Assembly: GCA_008632985.1 (NCBI GenBank)
Contig: QPGO01000009.1
Span: 124,001 to 188,000 of the forward strand
DNA: 64,000 nt
Direction: 5' to 3'
Source: Psammoneis japonica
Lineage: Eukaryota
In this document: piece after piece, positions 25,563 to 35,900 of the stretch
Layout of the letters: each line of letters starts with the position of its first letter
Numbering within the stretch: position 1 is the stretch's first letter
Translations under genes and position numbers: made by a program
Notes under the pieces: model-generated
The model's input: the letters and a program-made list of their open reading frames with translations, nothing else
The model's database searches: none
What the model was told of the DNA's origin: nothing

Positions 25563-25656
25563 GCTGAAAAACATTGTTTGACTGTCCATGCTCTGGACAC
25601 CAGTGTCAAGCTGAAAAACATTGTTCAACTGTCCATGCTCTGGACACCAGTGTCAA
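25563..25656. repeat. 47-bp tandem duplication
   Basis: GCTGAAAAACATTGTT(TG/CA)ACTGTCCATGCTCTGGACACCAGTGTCAA twice; the copies differ only by a TG/CA swap. Confidence 0.85.
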
Positions 25657-26699
25657 CCAACTGCAAAGTTTTTTGCAACAATCAGATTGCAGACAGTTGA
25701 TTCTTTAACTGCTCATGCTCTAGACACCCATGAAAGCCCATTGGCACAAGCATTTCTTGTCAAAACACTTGACACATGCAATTCACATGATTTGTGTTTG
25801 TGTTGGTTGCTCAATGTCTTCAATGTCAAATTTTGATGAGCCAAATTTGAGAAAGCTTGCCCAAGTTTCAAACACAGTTGAGTTGTTGAGGACTGCAAAG
25901 GTGCTTGACAGCAATGCATGAGATCCTTTTGCAGGCCTCTTTGCACTTCTTGTTTGTCCTTCTGCAAACCAGATGGCTTTTAAATCAGCACCCAGCACCC
26001 ACTGAATGAGTCCATTTCAAACAAGTCAGCACACTTTGCTGCAACAAATCCCCATCCATTCATGTCAACAGCAGTTTGCCCCTGCATTTTGCTCTTGACA
26101 TCTAAAATGCCACCACCATTGCCATCACAGGCCCAATGCAAGCTGGCATGTTGATGGCACTCTGCACAAGTTGGGCATGCTGTCCCAAGCCACAGCACTG
26201 CTCCTGAGCTGCCAGCAAGCAGAAGAGCCCCAGTCATCACCCCCCAGCCAGCTTGGCACGGCCACTCCCAGCACCTCCTTGGGTGATGCCATTGCTGCAT
26301 CTGGTCCTTGCAAAATGGCAGATGTGCCAAACAAGATTGCTGGTGGTGATTTTGAGCTCAGGGCTCCTCAGATGTCTGGCAAGCATTGGTGATGATGATG
26401 GCAGCATCTCGGATGATGAAGAAGACAAAGCTTGTCTTTTTGAAATGTTCCTTGGCAATGGCACCTCCTGAATGTTGGTGTCCAATGCAGGTCAATTGAT
26501 GGGAGCAGAGCCATCTGTTCTCAGTGAGAGCATTGTTGGGGCGCAGCTCCCCCTTTGCAGAGAAATCCTCTCTTGAGCTGACTGCACTCTGTGACAACTC
26601 CGGCACCACTCAAGGATTTTGTGACTTGCTGCTCACCCTTCTGCAATGTCTTAGAAGAAGTTTGACATTTCTGAGTCTGTTTGGCATTGGAAGCTGGTG

Positions 26700-27110
26700 G
26701 AAAACCTGCAAAAGAAGGTGTGCATGCTGAAGCCTGACATGCACTTGACAGGTGGGTGCCGAGTCACTCGTTTCTGCACACAGGACATGTTGCAAGACCT
26801 GCTTGCCCACCCACTTTTTGACAATGAGCACAGCCTCAATGTGAGCCAGTTGATTCAGGAACAACATCTGGAGGGCTGCAACATCTGCAAAATTGTGCCC
26901 AACAAGCAGCACTTTGACACACACACAACAATCTCCCCAAAGACTTTGACCAAGAAAAAGACTTGCTCCTTGTCATTGGCTTGCATGCAGACCAGAGAGG
27001 AGCTGATGCCTGTCAATGCTGTCCACTTGAGCCTTGGCTCTTTGGCGTCCTTGTTGTGAAGAGACAAGCTTGCAAACACCCATGTCATTCTCTGGGTTCT
27101 GTCTTGGTTT
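26700..27110 (+). pseudogene. Possible Plavaka-like transposase remnant
   Basis: DMLQDLLAHPLF...IGLHADQRGADACQCCPLEPWLF resembles the LYxDxTxxD....LEPxxF block as I recall it, once Tyr->His/Cys is reverted. From memory only. Confidence 0.4.
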
Positions 27111-29918
27111 CATGCCAAGTCTGGACAAAAGAGGTTCTTCTGGCTGCTGTGCTGGTGATTTGGGCAACACAATTGATGAGGGTCATGGCACAACTTGTCT
27201 GCCAATGTGCGGGCACACCACAACATGCTGTTTTTTTTTTGCTGGAGGATTTGATGCAGCTGCAAAAGCGCCCCTGCAACATGAGGATGATGCAGGCTCT
27301 CCTTGCTCAGAGTCCAATTTGTGGCAACCAGATTTCACAGGACTGCCTGCGTGGTCAGAGAGCAACCAACAAAGGTGGTGCTGGTCATGTCAACTGACTG
27401 TGCATGTTTTCATTCACAAATGCCTCTGACAGATTCCTCCAATGATTGCACAATGGACTGTCTTGCACTCCATTGCCAACATTTTTTAGCTGCACCACAC
27501 AGCTCTTGTTGCTGGCACACTCCACTCCAAGAACCTCCCAGGCTCATTTGCCAAACTTTTTGATTTGCACCTTGCAATTGCAGGGTGGTGGAAGATCAAA
27601 ATGTTCAGCATGCATTTTGTCATGGCAAAGCTGTGCACAATGAAAGGCATCAGCAATCATGGCCTTTGTTTGTGCCAGCAACTCTTCTTCCTTGTTGTTG
27701 GTTTCAAATGCATTGGGCCCACACAAGAGGGGTGGCTCTGAGCTGCTGTTGGCTCCAACAATCCAGCTCTGTCCACAACAACCAAGATCCACTCAACAAC
27801 TCACTTCCAGCTCTCCAGCAACTTGGTTGTCATGCTTCTCATTTCAGGCACCATGCTCCAAAATCAAATGGCCAGCCAATCCAAAATGTGGAGCTCACAA
27901 GCCTTGAAAAATGTTTTTTTAAGAGTGTGCGTTTTGACTGGGCGCAATCTTTGTTGCTCATGGTGGGACCTTGCTCAACTTGTGCAAATGCTGCTCAGGA
28001 TTGGGGGCCCATTTCATGGACTTGAAGGAATGTGTGGGGAGACAGAAAGGTTGGCAAGCAGGCAGAAGTTCAACAGAAAGTGACAAAAAATGAGCTCACG
28101 GTCATTGGCATCCTTGACGGGGTTGCCATCTTTGTCCACACCATCAAGAGAACATGAAAAGTCCAGCAACAAGCTTTGGTGCAGCAGAGCCCACATTTGT
28201 GTCCCAAAGATTGGCCAACTGTGTTGCTGATGGCAATCACTTGCTCCAAAAAACATCAGCTCAGTGCAAAAGTCACATGAGGTGCACACACTCTGAGGAA
28301 AACACAAGTTTTACAGCTGCAGCCATGTTGTCTGGTGATGTGGCTGTTGTCTGTTTGTTTTTCTGAAAGCTTTTGGGTGCCAGCAATGTCATGGCAAATC
28401 TGTGCTGTGACTGTGCTTGTGGCACAGCAGCTGTCACATGCGTTGTTGCCAGTTTGCCATGCACTTGGTGATTGCTCCTCATTGAAGCAAAACAAAAGAT
28501 CTTTTTGCCTCCCCAAAATGACTGTGCTGGCAAAGAACAGTCATCACAAAGCCAGGCACAGCAGACAAAAATGACAGCACAGCAGCTCTCTCATTGTTGG
28601 ATGCTTTCTGGGTTTGTGCATCTGCCGCTGCAAGAGCAAGCTCAAAGCTTGGTTTGCAGCTCACTTGTGTGTTTTGTTTGACAGGTGGGTGAGCCCCGCT
28701 GGCACTCCATGAGATTTTTTGGTGATGGGTCCACCAGACTTGTGCAGCACATGTGTTGGGTGACATGGCTCCAAGCGCCAAGTGGTTTCTGAAGCCCATC
28801 ACATGATGACAACTTTTTCTGGTCAAAGCTTGAAACAGAAACTCCAAAAATTCATTTTGTTGCATTGAATGTTCCACACACACTTTGGATTTGTTGCCAG
28901 TTTAGTGAGTGCATTTGGCAGTGCACTGCACTCTCTTTGTTTCTTTCTGTCCAACATTCTGCACTCTATTTGAGGTGCTTGTTTGGGTGCTTTGTGTGCA
29001 GTCTTTGACTGTGGGGCAATCAACTCAGGAGGTGGTTGCCACCTGGGTTTCAGCTCCAACAGCTGGAGTTGTCCACCAAGTGCAGCAAGTCTGACCCATC
29101 TGAGTTTTCATCAAGTTCTGGCTCCCTTGCACAATGGTTTGATTCTGCCATTGTTGGAGGGGCCTGAAGGATGCAATTGTTGAGATTTGGCATTGCAGGG
29201 GCATGGCCAGATTTGGTGAGTGCAGTGCCTTTTGAGCGCCAGTCTTCACCAGGTTCTGTGCATTTTGCCGCACGCATTTTGCAGCAGTCTTCACACAAGT
29301 GCAGCTGTTGGTTTTCACTTTTCCTTTGGTCACGACCAGCACTCCTGCTCATGATTGTCATCCTGTCTGGTGGCAAGAATTTGAAAAGTGCTGCCAGCTC
29401 AAGAGTGGCAGGGTCAAGCAAGTTGAGCAAAGTTGTTGTTCACAACAGCAGCAACATCAATCACAATGACACGGCACAGGAATCTCTTCCCAACACAATG
29501 AAGAAATGATGTGAGATGCAGGGGGCAAGTGCAACCGGAAGAAGTGGATTTGTGATGGTGACCAGCACACACAAAATGGAGCTCAAAATGCTGGCAAATC
29601 AAGTTCTCATTGCATTGAAAATGCTTGCCATGACAATGTGAGACACTGGCAACCTCATTGAAACAATCAAGCAGAGATCCGAGCCACAAACAGGGATGAG
29701 CGGCAATGAAACAATGAAGTGATGATGAAATGGCCAACGACACGTAGTCGACAAGCGCTTTACTCAGGATAGAGATTTACTGCGTCACTCTCCACAACAG
29801 AGCAGGTGTAAGACCATCCACTCTAGATGCCATTAGGCGGCCGAGATGCCAACGCACTAGATAGGAACCTAGATTCTGCAGCGACAAACTCCTGCTTGCC
29901 ACTGATCGACACGCTTAG

Positions 29919-31826
29919 TTACTTTTCCGCCCACACAAACGCTTGGAAGACACGAGGATCGAAGTCGCTCTTCAGATCATCCCAGTCGTAAGCATTAATA
30001 TACGATTTGTTCTCCGGACTCAACTTGGAACACGCAAACCACCGTAACGTTTGCTTAAGACCCTCCTCGTCAACGCATCGTATTCTTGCGGCGTGAGGCG
30101 TGTAATTTGAAGCATACCTGGGCTCATCGAAGATAGCGAAGGACGAGGAAGGTGACAAGTCTTGCGGTACGGCTGGCATTCTTCTACTCGATGATATGGA
30201 GTGCTCCCTCGATCTCATTTCGTCAGGCCCTTGTCGTTCTTCTGAAAGAAAGCCGGAATCGCTGATGCCTTCATCAGAGAAAGACCCGTTTTTTAATACT
30301 TCCTCCATTTGAAATGGATTTTTACTCAGCGTGTCTTCATATGGCAAGCTGTCAATAAAGTCAAACCAGGGTGTAGGCTGCTTCGTTTCCTTCCCATTGG
30401 TGACAACGCTTCTTTCTCCACGGTGCAGCCTATGAATCGCCACAACGTGCTCATGATAAAAAAGCGTGGCAGCCATGCGCTTGCCTACGAAACGACCATC
30501 AGGCCGTACCAACGCATCGACAAAGGCATCAATGTGCTCTGAGCTTAGAATATTTCCACCTACAACCGTCACGAACTGATCTTGAGAAAGTAGTTTTCTC
30601 TGGATGAAAAAGTCGTGCACATCGGAGGGAATGATGAGTGCATCCTTGGTCAAACCTAACAATTCCCGCACTTCGGATAGAATGGTCGGGGTTTCTTCGT
30701 CAATCACGTGACGAATTGCCTCGTCTGGCAATCCGGTATCCACAAAAGTGCCAACATCGTGGTTGTGAAAATGATGGATGCAAAGCAGTGGAGCAATTAC
30801 GGTGCAACCATTGATGCTGCCCGCTAGGCGTCCCTGGTATGTGTCAATCCTCGAGATACGAATTCTCCGCGCGTCACAGAGTCGACTGAATTTCACGAAT
30901 GCCTCCATGCACAATGATTGTACATCCAATCCGGAAATAAGGTCCTGGTTTTGAGGCAGTGACGCCGGAGGAGTGGGAAGCACTGCTGCTGGTTTAGATG
31001 ATGATGAAAGTTGCAGTCCACTCAAAAATAAGGCCTGTTCCAATTCCAGTTCTGAGTTCGTTCGTGATAAGGGAAGCTGAACAGGTAAATCTATGTCATC
31101 GAGTTGTTTTCGATCAGTTGGGCAAATAGCCGCAGTGATAGTATCAGAGTACTCCAATAAACTACCACACAAGCTGAAAGTGCTTGAGACATACTCGTCG
31201 TAATCTACTGAATAGCGAAGGTCCTTTTCGACAGCTCGTCGCTCACGTTCATATTGTTGTAAGGAGATTGCGTTGTCGCGTTGCTCCTCTGCTAATCGCG
31301 ATAGCTTCGCAAGCCTTTTCTTCTCTCGTTCTTCTAGCTCGGATTCAATTTGCTCCTTGAATGCTGTTTGCTCCTGTTTCAAAATGTCTTCTAGGACATG
31401 TGTGACACGCACTGCATCATGACTGCTCTTGAAACGCTCTCCCTCGTGCCTTTTCGAGTAAAAGTACCCATGCTGAGGTATTTCCAGCAGGGCCGTCTCG
31501 ACGAATTGCATACCAATCGCATAGGCGACTCGGTATCTGTTCTGTAAATAGAGAGATTCGAACGCATTCAAAATATGTTCGTTCAGCTCATAGTGTTTTG
31601 ATATGGATGTTCCTTTTGATAGCAGGGACGACTGAGTTCTCTGAAATAGAACAGGTTCAGATCGTTGACGTGTGACGGCAGATGACGGCGGGTGCGACAT
31701 TGAAGCTATATTTCTCCGACGAGGGTCGACCGTCTTCGTATTTCCACTACTTGATTCAACTTTTCTTATTTCGTAAGAATCGCCCATAGTAGGGAGGGAT
31801 TCTGGCCCGGTACCTCGTTTCCACAT
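29919..31826 (-). CDS. Intact protein: USP8-dimer/MIT-like N-terminal region, UIM-like helix, papain-like Cys-His-Asp C-terminal domain (putative)
   Basis: Uninterrupted ORF of more than 620 codons with normal Tyr, TA and CG content. Candidate ATGs at 31826 or 31787. Motifs: AYAIGMQF..L.EIPQHGYF, ELELEQALFLS, YQG..SINGCTVI, HEHVV, WFDFIDSL. Confidence 0.8.
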   Translation of the reverse strand: MWKRGTGPESLPTMGDSYEIRKVESSSGNTKTVDPRRRNIASMSHPPSSAVTRQRSEPVLFQRTQSSLLSKGTSISKHYELNEHILNAFESLYLQNRYRVAYAIGMQFVETALLEIPQHGYFYSKRHEGERFKSSHDAVRVTHVLEDILKQEQTAFKEQIESELEEREKKRLAKLSRLAEEQRDNAISLQQYERERRAVEKDLRYSVDYDEYVSSTFSLCGSLLEYSDTITAAICPTDRKQLDDIDLPVQLPLSRTNSELELEQALFLSGLQLSSSSKPAAVLPTPPASLPQNQDLISGLDVQSLCMEAFVKFSRLCDARRIRISRIDTYQGRLAGSINGCTVIAPLLCIHHFHNHDVGTFVDTGLPDEAIRHVIDEETPTILSEVRELLGLTKDALIIPSDVHDFFIQRKLLSQDQFVTVVGGNILSSEHIDAFVDALVRPDGRFVGKRMAATLFYHEHVVAIHRLHRGERSVVTNGKETKQPTPWFDFIDSLPYEDTLSKNPFQMEEVLKNGSFSDEGISDSGFLSEERQGPDEMRSREHSISSSRRMPAVPQDLSPSSSFAIFDEPRYASNYTPHAARIRCVDEEGLKQTLRWFACSKLSPENKSYINAYDWDDLKSDFDPRVFQAFVWAEK

Positions 31827-32999
31827 CAAAGAACGAAAGGAATTCAACTCAGCCGAAAGTGGACGCAGAAGTTTTGGTCTGTGAGCGACGGAATGGTATC
31901 TCAAAGACAAAGGACTTCACATCAACACTCTGGCAGTGACATGTGTGACTCTTCACTGCAATTCAAGCACCGACAGTTGTGGTTCTCGTCTTTCGGGCCA
32001 TTGCACCAAGATTGACCCGCTATCCGGGGGGCCCCGCGTTTTTCCTATGATCGGGTATGTATGTACACCCATGGCCCAAGCACTTACTGTACTCGTTCAC
32101 GAGCACATGAGCGGAGTTCGGGGCCCGCTGCGGGGGTGCCGTCTTTTTTCCGAAAATCGCCCCGCTATCCAAAGGCCTCTACCGGTACGTAGCTACTCTA
32201 CCGTACTCTCTAGCTAGAGAGAGAGTGAGAGGGAGCAGATGACAAGCGTTGAGCGTTGAGCGAGCGTTGAAAACCCACAAGCGCCAACTTTCTGGATGAT
32301 GCGTTCACAAACAACGCAGTCACAGACATTGGAGTCATTGCGCCAGAGAAGTCTGCCTGACCGTGAGGTTTCCATGTCATCCCTCGTGTCAATTTGATGT
32401 GAATCTGACAAAACATTTGAAATGACAAAATGGAGTCTCTCGAGGTGACCCACAGCTCACCAAGCCAGCTGCTGAAACGCAAAATTCGGTCACAAACTGG
32501 TTTGTGAGCACAAATGGCTTGAATTTTTTCATGACTGAAAGAACGTGCCGGAGTCTCTGAGCACTTCATTTTTCGCCTCAAACGAGCAGGTGCTGCTGCT
32601 TCGACAGCCGCAAGTCTGCAGGCGATGCAAGGCAACAAACCGGCCACAGATTGCTGTCGTACAAAGAGCTGTGCGATGTTTTGTTTGTGAGGAAAGGCAG
32701 TGCAATCACCCAAAAAGGTTGTTTTTGTTGAGATCTTGTGATGCATTGTCATGAGCTGCCATCACAAGAGGGCAGCTTCCTTTGAAATGATGGCTTCTTG
32801 TCATTTCTCGTGTGCCGCGTCTTTTCTCAGTCAAAGCAAAAAGAGCACCTGCGCCTTGGGTGTTGCACCAGAAAATGTTGCCCGGGCTGCATGGGCAGTC
32901 ATGGAGAGCAACAAGGCTGTGCCGCCGCTCACGGTGTGGCGATTGTGCGGGTGCTCAGAGCCTGTCGTGAATTTTGCAATGTCACAAATTTTTGATTTG

Positions 33000-35900
33000 G
33001 CAGCCAGCTGGCTTTGTGCATGAGTGTGGGGCCGCGGCGTGGCTTGGAAGTGCACAGGGTCTGTTGCAGCTCTCCCTCTCTCCCCCCTTCACACCCCCAC
33101 CAGATGAACTCTGGCTGGCCAGCCTCACCGCAGCGGGGTTTGGCCAGGTGGGAGCAGCAGGAGCCCTTCTGTCACTCTGCCAAAGCAGCAGGGGGCAGGC
33201 CAGGCAGTGCCAGAAAGAACAAAGCTGCTTGTTCCTCAGCAGCACACACCTGTTTCTTTGAAAGAGGGAAGCTGAGAGCAGCCAAGGGCCTGCACCAGCA
33301 CACAGCACGCTGGCAGCTCTCCATTTGGCCCCAGCGGCAAGATTCTCAGCATGGGGTGGAGCTGCTCCAAAGCCCCAAACAAGGCATGTCTGAGCTCCCA
33401 GAACACGGGGGCATTGGCAGCCAACCTTGTGGCAATGTGAGTGGCTCAAAGTGCCTGGGCAAACAAGTGGCCAAATTGCGGGGGTGCTCAAAGAGCAGTG
33501 AATTTGGCAACAATGCTGGGGGAGGGGAGCAGATGCCCCAAGTGGCAGCTGTCACAACAATGCATCGCCCCCTGCTGGCAATGGACTGCTGCCTGCCTTG
33601 CCCCTCAAAGGGCAAGATTGTTGTGCTGCTGAGTCATTGTGGGGCTGCCAGGGGCGCCCCCAAAAAAGTGGGCCTCCAGCAGCTGGTGAGGGCCACAGCT
33701 CTCCCCATCTGAAAGAAAAGGGGGGGCATGGTTTTTGTGCTGCTGGTGATTGGTGCAGTTGTTGCTGATGACAAGCTTTCTGGGCTGGGGTGAGCAAGGC
33801 AGTGCAAGTGCTGCAAAACCCTCTTTTCATAAAAAAAGCAGATTGTGCACTTGCTGTCTGGGGATGCCGTTGATGCCAGAGATGTGTGGGGGGCAAGGGG
33901 CAAGTGCCCTGAGTCCAGTGCTGAAGTCTGGGAAACTCTTGACACTCCAACTGGGGAAATTCAGTCCATGCTCAAAAGGTTGCCCAGCTTGCCTGCCAGC
34001 CACATGTGTGTGACATGCCACCCCATGGCCAGCGGCACAGCCTCAACTGTGCAGGCAGCCCCAGGTGCTGAGCTCACCCACTGCCCAGCTGGATTTTTCT
34101 CACATGCTGGTGCTGAGCTCACAACTGCTGAAAAACTCACTTGTGCCAGCTGGCGGGCTTTGCTTGTCTGCTGGCAGCAAGTTTCCACTCCTGTTTGTGG
34201 TGGTGTGTTTCATTGTGGAGGGCTTGCCCACATTGCTTGCATCACATGCAAGCAGCTGCAGTCTCCCAGCAAAGCACTGGATGGCAACATCTCTTGCAAC
34301 TTTGGTGGGTGTTCCCCCCTTGTGGGACAAAGCACAGGTGGCTTTTGTCTGCTGGAAGGTGGGTTGTTTTTCCAGAGTCAGAGCTCAGACAATTGTTGCT
34401 TGGGTTGGCTAGCTGCAGCCAACTTTTTTGTTTGTTGGTCTTGGTGGCAGGAGCTTCAGGACTTGTGTGATGAAAATGTTCACAGCCATGACTCAGAAAC
34501 TGAGAAATCAGGGCAGTGTCATGACACAAAAGCCAGGGCAACAGCAACACACCCAACAGTTGACAATTGCTTGGCAAAAGACAAGAGAGGCACACACTTG
34601 CTTGATTTGGCTGACAATTGTCTTGCCAGCTCAGCACACCACAGGCTGCAAAACTGAGCAACCACAACAAAAAACTGACACTCAAAACAGGCATGCCAGA
34701 GGCTTGATGATGCTTTGCTGACTGAGATGTGCAGTCCATTGTTGGTTGCTTTGCAGCACTTGTGAAGTGCAGATTTTGCATTTTGTTTTGCAGCATGTCA
34801 CTTGCATTGAAACATCAGCTGCAGATTGGAGCTTTCACCAGCGGTTGTCCCACAAGTGTTTCCCACCAATGGCAGGGCTTCTGACTGCTCTGACAGCAGC
34901 TCTGCATCTCCAGCAAAGGAGGATGTTTCTTGGAGCAGCTTTTGACCAATCCTCTCACACCTGCTCTCACACATTGCAATGCCCAGCTCTGTCCAGTCAT
35001 GCAGCCCCTCCCAGTCTTTCCAATCAAGGTGTTGCCATCCCCTGCAATGTGGATGAGTTGGGATTCCCCAACAACAACTCTTTCCATGTTGGTGCTGATG
35101 ACATTGGCCAAACTGATGCAACTGATCCCAGTTGGCTCACAGGCAAAAGACTGACTGTGTGACTGTCCACCATGGTTCTTGGAGTGATGCCTGGTGCCCA
35201 CCAAAGACTGCCCTTGGAGTCAGCCATGGGAGGAGCTGGGGCTTGTGAGCATCTCAATGATGTCCACACCACCAACATGAGCACCAAGTTGTTCTCAATT
35301 GGGAAAATTGTTTGAAAAGTCATGCTTGGCTTTGACAGCTCCAAGCCCTGCCGCTGATGGTTTTCACTGGCTTGGTGCAAGAATGCATGTGGTTGTTGTT
35401 CTCATTTGAAGTGCCAGCTTTGACTTTTCCAAGGTGGCTCACCACAGCCCGTGCAAACCTCATTTTGTTTGTCAATCAGCTTAAAATGTGGTGACTTGGC
35501 AATGGCATGTTTTCATTTCATGTGCCAAGACAGGTTGGTGTGGATTGGCAGCACCAGGAGTTGTTTGTGGAGCCAAACTGTCATGGCAGATTGCCCACAC
35601 TGTGCCAAGGAAATGGGGTGATCAACCACATCTTTTTGTGCAATTTTCACATTGCTGTTTGGCCCGCCATTTTTCTCTGCCAATCAATGAGCACCTGGCA
35701 GTCATTGTGCACTCCAGTCTGCTGTTTTTGAGTGATGCATTTGGCCTCATTGCCCAACAAATCATGTTTAACTCTGGGATGCTTTGTTTTGACAGAGCAA
35801 TGGTGGCAAGCCAACAGAAGTCCAAAAGTCAGCAGCAGCTCAACCAGAAGACTGGGAATTTCTGCTTGAAGAACTTGAGCAGAACAGAGCAGAAAGAGTG

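Noticed and set aside
7977..29742. Many Cys/His-rich ORFs as real genes or evidence of an alternative genetic code
   Set aside because: Neighbouring intact genes use Tyr normally, and sister copies show Cys in one and His in the other at the same site. This is mutation, not recoding.
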